Shown: positions 1 through 7,066 of the stretch, one piece after another
How the letters are laid out: each line of letters begins with the position of its first letter
How positions within the stretch are numbered: position 1 is the first letter of the stretch
Virus record (IMG/VR): IMGVR_UViG_3300030372_003166
Location: 3,188-67,187 of that record
Source: a virus
Taxonomy: Duplodnaviria > Caudoviricetes
DNA length: 64,000 nucleotides
Strand: one strand, 5' to 3'
Program-made: the position numbers and the translations under genes
The notes under the pieces: generated by a model
The model's input: only the letters and a program-made list of their open reading frames with translations
What the model was told of the DNA's origin: nothing
Database searches by the model: none

Positions 1-453
1 AGGGTCATCGCCACCAAAATAATAACCACCACCACTTTGTGGACCATACATTTGATGTATTGCAGCTTTATCGTTTTGTAAATCAAAACCTCCTGGGTGA
101 TTAATATATGGATTATAGTTTGGATCTTTAGGATTTGTACTACCTACCACACCTCTTGGTGGTGTTGTTACAGTAGTAGTGCCAGGCATTTCAGGCTCAT
201 TCAAATACGGGTCAGTAGTTCCGCCAACTGAAGGATTTACAGGGGGTGTCGGTGGCACGTATATATTATTTGTAGGAGGTGGCGTATACGGTTGTATAGT
301 AGGTGTAGGTGTTGTACTTGGTGTAGTGGTTGATGGTGGTGAATACACATTAGATGGAGTTGGGCTCGGTGTAGGTGTTACAGTTGTATTCATTAAATTT
401 GTACCTGGAGAGTACAAGTTGCTCATCATTTGATTGTAGTTGTAATAAGACAT
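1..453 (-). CDS. Pro/Thr-rich low-complexity protein, 3' end runs off the window
   Basis: Hand translation: ATG at 453, MSYYNYNQMMSNLYSPGTNLMNTTVTPTPSPTPSNVYSPPSTTTP..., open to base 1 (151 codons); TATCTTTG promoter-like element at 482-489 upstream. Not in the supplied ORF track. Confidence 0.8.
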   Translation of the reverse strand, partial: MSYYNYNQMMSNLYSPGTNLMNTTVTPTPSPTPSNVYSPPSTTTPSTTPTPTIQPYTPPPTNNIYVPPTPPVNPSVGGTTDPYLNEPEMPGTTTVTTPPRGVVGSTNPKDPNYNPYINHPGGFDLQNDKAAIHQMYGPQSGGGYYFGGDDP

Positions 454-481
454 AACAAGTGGTAAATATTAATATTAAGTA

Positions 482-489
482 CAAAGATA
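482..489 (-). promoter_or_regulatory. Bacteroidota sigma70-type -7 element (TAnnTTTG)
   Basis: CAAAGATA on + equals TATCTTTG on -, about 30 nt upstream of the ATG at 453. No clear -33 TTTG found. Confidence 0.5.
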
Positions 490-639
490 TAAAAAAAAAT
501 TATATTTTTTTGTGAAGGAGTGATACTATATGCTTAAATCCCCCCCTGCATTTCAAAACTTTTGATACCCTACCCTTTGTTTTTTATTTACAGATGTTTT
601 ACAACTTTATATTTGTTATTAATCAATATATATTTTATT

Positions 640-780
640 ATGAATAAGTTATTAGAAAAAGCAGGCGTTTATACAGGAAAAACAATTGGCACAGTAGTAG
701 GAATATGCGTTGGCATTAGCGAAGGTGTTAAGCTAGGTATTAAAGAAGCCAAAGAAGAACTAAGAAAGGAGAGCAAATAG
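640..780 (+). CDS. small hypothetical early protein (46 aa)
   Basis: In-frame ATG at 640 within track ORF 562-780; TATATTTG at 608-615 upstream; terminator overlaps the stop. Confidence 0.65.
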   Translation: MNKLLEKAGVYTGKTIGTVVGICVGISEGVKLGIKEAKEELRKESK

Positions 781-793
781 CTCTCTTTTTTTT
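769..793 (+). terminator. intrinsic terminator
   Basis: GAGAGC-aaata-GCTCTC followed by T8. Confidence 0.75.
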
Positions 794-957
794 AATTATA
801 CAAGAAATATGCGTATTGAAGTGTTAGAACTATACTGTCTTAAACTCTTTATAATCACACTTATAATAACTATAATAACAGTGTAATTAATTTAAAACAT
901 TGATAATCAATCAGTTATTGTTTTATTATCATTTTATATTAATATATAATACTCCTC

Positions 958-1084
958 CTAATATATTTAGCTGATTAATACTAATATCTAACTAATGAGT
1001 TTGCGAAGTTATACATTTTATTTGACATTGTCAAGTCTTTCATCCGTTTTTATTTTAAATAATATTTACTAATATATTTAGCTG
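958..1084. repeat. 16-bp direct repeat pair in AT-rich intergenic region
   Basis: CTAATATATTTAGCTG at 958-973 and 1069-1084; palindrome TTGAC-att-GTCAA at 1022-1034 lies between them. Confidence 0.8.
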
Positions 1085-1139
1085 TTTAATTTTTACAACT
1101 TAATAATAGATAACTAATTATTAATTTAAATATACTATT

Positions 1140-1358
1140 ATGAATAAAGATGTTTTAATATTAAATGTTGCAGAAAGATTAGCTCACAAAGAAGTTAATG
1201 CTACATCATACAATGAAATAGCAGAAGTTGTATTGTCTTATCATACAGGTTGGAAATATGAAGGTGAAGCAATGATTGAGTTAATAGATGAAATATTAAC
1301 TGTAAAAAACAATATAACTAAAAGTTTAAACTCACATGCAGAAAACTTACCATTCTAA
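1140..1358 (+). CDS. hypothetical early protein ending ...ENLPF
   Basis: 72-aa ORF, A/T-rich leader, flanked by the conserved motif and a terminator. Confidence 0.8.
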   Translation: MNKDVLILNVAERLAHKEVNATSYNEIAEVVLSYHTGWKYEGEAMIELIDEILTVKNNITKSLNSHAENLPF

Positions 1359-1363
1359 TAGAC

Positions 1364-1386
1364 GGAGCCTAGCGGCTCCTCTTTTT
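1364..1386 (+). terminator. intrinsic terminator
   Basis: GGAGCC-tagc-GGCTCC-TCTTTTT. Confidence 0.75.
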
Positions 1387-1430
1387 ACAACTTTACAATA
1401 GATAATAATATATTAACTTAAATCATTACT

Positions 1431-1706
1431 ATGGAAACTATAGGAATCAGTTGCACTAATTGCAACGAACAGAAAGAAGCACAGTATTTGTCAAAGAATT
1501 TAGTAGAGTGTCTTACTTGCACAACTCTTCATCATCATGAAGAAGATAGATCATACAGAACGTATGATGTAATACCATTACACGTTATAGAAGAACAACG
1601 TGCAAAAGAACAAGCAGTTATAGATATGTGGCTAGACGATATGCCATACATTGACTGGAAAACTTGTTTTCAAACTAATCACCAACAATTTGGTGTACCA
1701 TTCTAA
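1431..1706 (+). CDS. small Zn-ribbon-like protein ending ...GVPF
   Basis: CTNC...CLTC pairs near the N-terminus. Confidence 0.75.
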   Translation: METIGISCTNCNEQKEAQYLSKNLVECLTCTTLHHHEEDRSYRTYDVIPLHVIEEQRAKEQAVIDMWLDDMPYIDWKTCFQTNHQQFGVPF

Positions 1707-1949
1707 GAATGCGTGGGGTTGTGCTAACATTATTGTCGTAATACTTGTCGCTCAGCATTCTATAATAGGTCGGGACACAGCACAGTCCCTTCCTTTTTTC
1801 AACTTAATAATAAAGATATAACTTATAACAATCACGAACAGTATTCTAGAGTGCTTAGTAGTTAACCGACCAGAGATAGAGGCAACGGTTATATCTTTTT
1901 TTTCTAACTTAATAATAACTAATCTAATATTAATCAAAACAATTAAATC

Positions 1950-2258
1950 ATGTCAAAAACAGAAAACACATTAGTAAACGGTATGTTCGTTAAAGAACAC
2001 ACATTTGAATCAGGTACAAAAGTAGTTAACATAGGTATTAAACCAGAAGATTTTCTTAAATTTATGAGAGCTAACTTTGTAGAAGACAATAAAGGCGGCA
2101 AATGGGTTAACATTAAACTAATACCTAACAAAAATACTACAAAGTATACGCACACACCTATACTTAACACTTATACACCAAAAGCTGCAGATAAAGCTAT
2201 AGAAAATCTAGCAACGGAGGTTATAGAAGAGAAACAAACAGTAGCTCTACCATTCTAA
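1950..2258 (+). CDS. hypothetical protein, possibly small OB-fold ssDNA-binding protein, ending ...ALPF
   Basis: Beta-rich pattern (NGMFVKE, VNIGIKPEDF, KWVNIKL, ILNTYTP) with an acidic LPF tail. SSB function is inference. Confidence 0.6.
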   Translation: MSKTENTLVNGMFVKEHTFESGTKVVNIGIKPEDFLKFMRANFVEDNKGGKWVNIKLIPNKNTTKYTHTPILNTYTPKAADKAIENLATEVIEEKQTVALPF

Positions 2259-2512
2259 TGAGTATCCTAGGAATTGCATTCTGCGCTGCCATAGGTTATT
2301 ATATTATTGTATATAAAGCCTTAGGCAGACGTAGACTAGTTAAAACCCAAACATTCTGGGACATACTATTTACACTGCTTCTTCCCTTACTATTTATAGG
2401 AACATTCAGCGGTCTAGCTACTGCTGTTGTAGCAGGTGTAATATTCTCCATCTTTACTTCATTAACTCCAACGCCTGAAGAGCCTGAAGTTATGGACGAA
2501 CACAAACATTAA
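2258..2512 (+). CDS. small membrane protein
   Basis: Two to three hydrophobic segments; TAATG overlap with the previous gene. Confidence 0.75.
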   Translation: MSILGIAFCAAIGYYIIVYKALGRRRLVKTQTFWDILFTLLLPLLFIGTFSGLATAVVAGVIFSIFTSLTPTPEEPEVMDEHKH

Positions 2513-2516
2513 AAAA

Positions 2517-2543
2517 AAGAGCCCAAGTGGCTCTTCTTTTTTT
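2517..2543 (+). terminator. intrinsic terminator (possibly bidirectional)
   Basis: A-run, AAGAGCC-caagt-GGCTCTT, then CTTTTTTT. Confidence 0.75.
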
Positions 2544-2580
2544 CCACTTTATAATAACTAATAATCAAAATACTTTTACC

Positions 2581-2955
2581 ATGCAAAAAGAAATCTACGA
2601 GATCAGTTCAAAATACATGAAAGATCTAAAAAAACAACTTGACAACAGAAAAATATCACCATATGATATTGCACACAAGTCATTTAGAAAAAACAATGCT
2701 GCTTGGATAATCAAACACGTTGATAAAGCTAAGCTTAAAATTACTTATCTTAACGGCGATATAAGAAAAGAACCTACATACAGCAAACTTATAAAAAGAA
2801 TAAGCTGGTGCAATGGCATCTATAAATCAAGCAGAAGAAAATATATCAAAAGATATTACAAAATAGTAAATGCTTTTACTAAACATAGAGCACAAATAAA
2901 AAGTAATACTTTAGCTAATTGCGTTAAATCATTTAATATAAAGCAGTTAGCATAA
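2581..2955 (+). CDS. basic hypothetical protein
   Basis: In-frame ATG at 2581 (MQKEIYEISS...) within track ORF 2527-2955; Lys-rich. Confidence 0.75.
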   Translation: MQKEIYEISSKYMKDLKKQLDNRKISPYDIAHKSFRKNNAAWIIKHVDKAKLKITYLNGDIRKEPTYSKLIKRISWCNGIYKSSRRKYIKRYYKIVNAFTKHRAQIKSNTLANCVKSFNIKQLA

Positions 2956-3141
2956 TAAAAACATAGAAAGGAGGTTATAATCATTATTAATTATTAATTC
3001 AGCAGTTATACTTTGTAAAGATTATTGGCTAGAATATTGACCGACAACAAATAATTGAGTATTAATTTAAAAAAACTAATAACAATTAACAAATGGACTA
3101 GCCCCCTCCTTTCTTTTTTATTCACTTTAAAATAAATAATT

Positions 3142-3393
3142 ATGAAAATAAAAATAATAGATAAAGAAAATATAGCACAGTCATATAATGAGTGGAAAGA
3201 ATATGTAAGCGATAGCATGCAAAAAACTATACTTACAAAAGAAATTCCTAGAATTATAGAAAAGCTAAAAAACAACTTAAATAAGTTAGACGATACATTT
3301 TTAGGTAAGCACAACTATTTTGTTGATGCACAATACCTTAAGAAAAAAACTAAAGAAATATATAAACGTAGTCAAAAAATTATAAATAAATAG
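3142..3393 (+). CDS. hypothetical protein
   Basis: 83-aa ORF, first of a tightly packed run. Confidence 0.75.
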   Translation: MKIKIIDKENIAQSYNEWKEYVSDSMQKTILTKEIPRIIEKLKNNLNKLDDTFLGKHNYFVDAQYLKKKTKEIYKRSQKIINK

Positions 3394-3395
3394 TT

Positions 3396-3656
3396 ATGAA
3401 AGAAAATGAATACGAAAAAAACGGAGTTTGGGAACAAATTCAACCTAATGAAATGGAATTTATAGATGAGGTTGCCACTCAAATAACAATAGAAAGATTT
3501 AAAGAAAATACTTTTACGTTTTTACCAGAAAGTGAACAAAGTAAAGTAAACACTATTAAATTTACTGAATTGGCACAAGATTTCTACAACGAAAGATATG
3601 ATGAAGTAGAAAGTTTATACATAAAGTTAATATTACAAATACCTAAACAATTATAA
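3396..3656 (+). CDS. hypothetical acidic protein
   Basis: 86-aa ORF, 2-nt spacing from the previous gene. Confidence 0.75.
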   Translation: MKENEYEKNGVWEQIQPNEMEFIDEVATQITIERFKENTFTFLPESEQSKVNTIKFTELAQDFYNERYDEVESLYIKLILQIPKQL

Positions 3657-3661
3657 ATAAC

Positions 3662-3934
3662 ATGGAATACGCAAGAAAATGTTCAGTTACAGGCGAAGGA
3701 ATGAATAATGGCTGGATAAATGAACAAACTTATGAATATTTTAAATATGAAAAAGATGCAGTAAGCCATATCAAAAAAATTATAGAACAAGATAATAAAA
3801 CTTTTGAATGGATAAGCTGTACTGATGATATATTAGAAATAGGATTTTATTATTATGGAATATATTATACAGAATGGGAATGCCCTGAAGATATGCAATA
3901 TAAACAAGTAAATGAAGTACTAACAGAAATTTAA
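3662..3934 (+). CDS. hypothetical phage protein
   Basis: 90 aa, YARKCSVTGEGMNNGW start; packed operon. Confidence 0.75.
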   Translation: MEYARKCSVTGEGMNNGWINEQTYEYFKYEKDAVSHIKKIIEQDNKTFEWISCTDDILEIGFYYYGIYYTEWECPEDMQYKQVNEVLTEI

Positions 3935-3942
3935 AATAAATT

Positions 3943-4137
3943 ATGGATGTAAAGGATTTAATTGCAAAATTACAAGAACTGCCTCAAGATATACCAATAA
4001 GAACAATAATGAATAATGTTCCAGATGATTTACCTAATGAATGGGTGTTTAAAGTACAACTACATGAAACTTGTGTAGCTGATATAAACAATAATAATAA
4101 AGTATGTCAAGAAGCAGTATTAATAACAAGTCAATAA
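3943..4137 (+). CDS. hypothetical phage protein
   Basis: 64 aa, MDVKDLIAKLQELPQD start of a type common in small phage proteins. Confidence 0.75.
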   Translation: MDVKDLIAKLQELPQDIPIRTIMNNVPDDLPNEWVFKVQLHETCVADINNNNKVCQEAVLITSQ

Positions 4138-4148
4138 AATAAATAATT

Positions 4149-4397
4149 ATGGAAACAAATACAATATCATTTAATGTCAGCAAAACTATTAACATCGGTA
4201 ACTTTGAAGCTATTAAGATTAATTACGGCCAAAGTATTACTGTTGATCCTACGCGATCTATTGAAGAACAAAGGAAAAAACTTATACAGGAATGCTACGC
4301 TACTGTTAAGGAAGAAACGGCGGTATGGTCGCTTAAAAGCGTTGTGCACGTTGACGCTAAAAAGAATAGAACAACTTATAAAAGCAAAGTAAAATGA
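4149..4397 (+). CDS. hypothetical phage protein
   Basis: 82 aa, SKTINIGNFEAIKI motif; ATGA overlap with the next gene. Confidence 0.75.
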   Translation: METNTISFNVSKTINIGNFEAIKINYGQSITVDPTRSIEEQRKKLIQECYATVKEETAVWSLKSVVHVDAKKNRTTYKSKVK

Positions 4398-4648
4398 AAA
4401 ACTATAGTAAACAAGAAGTAGAAAAATACTGGACTGACTTAATATCAAAACATTTAGTTGGTAAAACAATTACTGGTGTTCAATATATATGTGATGAGGA
4501 AATGGAAAATAATATGTGGTATAAAAAACCAATAGCTATACAATTAGATGGTAAACATTGGCTAGTTCCTATGATGGATGATGAAGGGAATGATGGTGGA
4601 GCAATATCAACTTCATTTAAAGAACTACAGACAATACCAGTAATATGA
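4394..4648 (+). CDS. hypothetical phage protein
   Basis: 84 aa, ends ...PMMDDEGNDGGAIST; coupled overlaps on both sides. Confidence 0.75.
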   Translation: MKNYSKQEVEKYWTDLISKHLVGKTITGVQYICDEEMENNMWYKKPIAIQLDGKHWLVPMMDDEGNDGGAISTSFKELQTIPVI

Positions 4649-4908
4649 AATCTTATTTGCTTAAAAAACTTATAGCAGGTTACAAGGTAAATCCTAATTA
4701 CAAACAGGATAGCCTTGTAGCTTTGCCTTATAAGTATACTAACAAAAAAATACTAGTTAGACACGGCGATAAAAAAATGATTATAGATCAAGACACGCCG
4801 TTAATAGGACAACAAACGTTTCCTGATAAGTTTGGTAGAGACAAAACATATACCTTATATTACTATCAATGGGAACCAGGTAAAAAACAATTAAAATTAG
4901 AACTATGA
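4645..4908 (+). CDS. hypothetical phage protein
   Basis: 87 aa; ATGA overlaps. Confidence 0.75.
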   Translation: MKSYLLKKLIAGYKVNPNYKQDSLVALPYKYTNKKILVRHGDKKMIIDQDTPLIGQQTFPDKFGRDKTYTLYYYQWEPGKKQLKLEL

Positions 4909-5120
4909 AAAAATATCAAATAGTTATGAATAGAACATACACAACATTTATATCATTGAAATTTCCAGATGATGGTAGAAATCATTTAGAAATTATTGAT
5001 AAAAAAATATCAACTGGCGATGAAGATGTGTGGAGTATGATTGCACATGAAGAGCTTAAACAAATGGAAGTTAACGATGAAAGTTGGGAAATACATGAGG
5101 TTACTGACATAGAAAAATAA
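4905..5120 (+). CDS. hypothetical acidic protein
   Basis: 71 aa; ATGA overlap. Confidence 0.7.
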   Translation: MKKYQIVMNRTYTTFISLKFPDDGRNHLEIIDKKISTGDEDVWSMIAHEELKQMEVNDESWEIHEVTDIEK

Positions 5121-5125
5121 ATAAA

Positions 5126-5392
5126 ATGTATAAAACATATTTAACAAAATCAAAACAACCGTCTGTAAGAATTAAAAGAGCGGTAAAACAATTAAAAGAT
5201 ACAAATGAAATTATTGGCAACACTTTATTTGAGCAAATTATTGCTGTAGGTGTAGCTGAAACAGAAAATCAATTAGAATATTTAAAATCGCAAAACAAAA
5301 GGTCAATAATTAAACCTCAAATTTATGAAGATGTTATTAGTATTTTAAAAGATAATTTAGAACAAATAAATGAATCTACTTACACAGAATAG
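5126..5392 (+). CDS. hypothetical protein
   Basis: 88 aa in the packed operon. Confidence 0.7.
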   Translation: MYKTYLTKSKQPSVRIKRAVKQLKDTNEIIGNTLFEQIIAVGVAETENQLEYLKSQNKRSIIKPQIYEDVISILKDNLEQINESTYTE

Positions 5393-5975
5393 CAAACTTA
5401 AAAAAACATCAAAAGAACTTGGTGTAAAAGTATATAACTTTGGCATACCAGCGTACAAATCGGCTAGCGGCAAACTTACTTGTCCATTTGCTGATGCGTG
5501 TGTAAAGTTTTGTTATGCAAAGAAAGGCGCATACATATGGAGTAACGTGCAACCTGCCTTTGAAAAACGATACCAGCTTACACTTACAGATGAGTTTGTA
5601 GAGGCTATGTCCAAAGAAATTTTAAAAAAGCAACCAGACTTTGTACGTGTACATGACTCTGGCGATTACTATTCACCTAAATATTTACAAAAGTGGATAG
5701 ATCTTGCGGTAATGCATCACGCAGTTAAGTTTTATAGTTACACTAATTGCGTAAAAATGCTTAAAGACACAGAGCTACCAGATAATTATGACATTATATT
5801 TTCTGATAGCGGTAAACAAAAACACCTGATTAACAGGAAGATAGATAGACATACAAAAATATTTGACAATTATCAAGAATTACTAGATAATAATTATATT
5901 AATGCATCACAAATAGATTTGTATGCTACAAAATGGTTTAATAAAAATAATAAAGTAGGACTAATAAAACACTAA
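5370..5975 (+). CDS. Gp88-like phage protein (Cys triad, possible Fe-S/radical-SAM-related fold)
   Basis: TCPFADACVKFCYA and VRVHDSGDYY motifs, recognised by eye as GP88-family-like. Confidence 0.7.
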   Translation: MNLLTQNSKLKKTSKELGVKVYNFGIPAYKSASGKLTCPFADACVKFCYAKKGAYIWSNVQPAFEKRYQLTLTDEFVEAMSKEILKKQPDFVRVHDSGDYYSPKYLQKWIDLAVMHHAVKFYSYTNCVKMLKDTELPDNYDIIFSDSGKQKHLINRKIDRHTKIFDNYQELLDNNYINASQIDLYATKWFNKNNKVGLIKH

Positions 5976-5979
5976 AATT

Positions 5980-6459
5980 ATGGGAACAAGAAGCTTAACT
6001 TATGTAGAAGAATCATGGGAAACATGTGTTGCAGATGAAGACAATAATAATAAAGTATATGAAACAAAACAAAACATACTTTGTATGTATCGTCAGTACA
6101 ATGGTTATCTTGATAATCATGGCCTGGAGCTTGCTAAGTATTTGCAAGGATTTAATATTGTTAATGGTATTGGTCATAATACTCCAGAACGTGCTGCAAA
6201 CGGCATGGGATGCTTAGCAGCGCAATTAATTACACATTTTAAAGATGGTATTGGCGGTATTTATATTCATCATTCAGATGCTAAAGATTGTGGCGAAGAA
6301 TACACATACACTATTTACAAAAAAGTTGCACATATAGAACACAATAAAAGAGCACAAGTATATATGCGTGTTTATGATGTTTATGCAGAAAAGGTTATAT
6401 TTGATGGCACGCCAGACAAACTAATCAAAAAACTAGAAGCTAAACTAGAAAAGGTATAA
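5980..6459 (+). CDS. conserved phage hypothetical protein
   Basis: 159 aa, MGTRS...MYRQYNGY...NGMGCLAAQL pattern; terminator follows. Confidence 0.8.
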   Translation: MGTRSLTYVEESWETCVADEDNNNKVYETKQNILCMYRQYNGYLDNHGLELAKYLQGFNIVNGIGHNTPERAANGMGCLAAQLITHFKDGIGGIYIHHSDAKDCGEEYTYTIYKKVAHIEHNKRAQVYMRVYDVYAEKVIFDGTPDKLIKKLEAKLEKV

Positions 6460-6464
6460 TTTAT

Positions 6465-6489
6465 AAGGGGGTGCAAGCCCCCTTTTTTT
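6465..6489 (+). terminator. intrinsic terminator
   Basis: AAGGGGG-tgcaag-CCCCCTT running into T7. Confidence 0.8.
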
Positions 6490-6506
6490 AACTTTATAAT
6501 AACAAT

Positions 6507-6668
6507 ATGAAATTAATAGTGTTAAATTTTGACAAAAAAATTACGTATATATATACGATAGACAGAAGAATAACAGACACTGAAATTGATGATTTACTTA
6601 CAGAGATGGGCCATCGCCCTGAACACTGTCAATGGATGTTGACTAAAAATGAAATAATAATAAAATGA
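6507..6668 (+). CDS. small hypothetical protein (53 aa, below track cutoff)
   Basis: MKLIVLNFDKK...; directly after a motif copy; ATGA overlap with 6665. Confidence 0.65.
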   Translation: MKLIVLNFDKKITYIYTIDRRITDTEIDDLLTEMGHRPEHCQWMLTKNEIIIK

Positions 6669-6880
6669 CATACGAAAATTGGATAAAAGATTATATTAAA
6701 AAATTTGGATATGCACCTACTATTTCTGAATTGCATAATTTATATACTAAAGGTATATTAAAGTTATCAGATAGTGAAGAAAATACCTTAATAAAAGAAT
6801 ACAATAACTACTTGAAATTAGGTTATTACAATTACTATTATAATAATAAAAAATTAAAATTAAATAAAAATGAACTATAA
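6665..6880 (+). CDS. hypothetical protein
   Basis: 71-aa ORF, coupled to its neighbours. Confidence 0.65.
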   Translation: MTYENWIKDYIKKFGYAPTISELHNLYTKGILKLSDSEENTLIKEYNNYLKLGYYNYYYNNKKLKLNKNEL

Positions 6881-7037
6881 AAACTATTTAGAGGCAGTTA
6901 GGCAAGGATATGAAGACCCATGCGAATACCAACACAAAGAAAGATATTGTGAAGAATGTGATATAGAAGAATCTAAAACATATTTTGTAGATGAAACATG
7001 TATATGTCAAGATTGTTATGAGGAAAGTAAAGAATAA
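6870..7037 (+). CDS. small Zn-finger-like protein (55 aa, below track cutoff)
   Basis: MNYKNYLEAV...CEECD...CICQDC; fills the gap before the helicase. Confidence 0.65.
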   Translation: MNYKNYLEAVRQGYEDPCEYQHKERYCEECDIEESKTYFVDETCICQDCYEESKE

Positions 7038-7066
7038 TTATATATTTGCTACTCAAAATTTCACAT

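Larger units (their letters stand above)
1091..6501 (+). promoter_or_regulatory. dispersed conserved motif T-run-MACTTWAHAATA (at least 7 copies), candidate early promoter
   Basis: Copies near 1095, 1387, 1800, 1905, 2545, 3123 and 6490; most lie directly after a hairpin plus T-tract and 15-45 nt before an ATG. Confidence 0.6.

Noticed and set aside
179-433. Plus-strand Gly/Val-rich ORF
   Set aside because: It is the antisense shadow of the Pro/Thr-rich minus-strand gene (1-453).
1091-3130. Integron-like cassette array with attC sites
   Set aside because: No integron integrase and no RYYYAAC/GTTRRRY boundaries; only the looser cassette hypothesis is kept.
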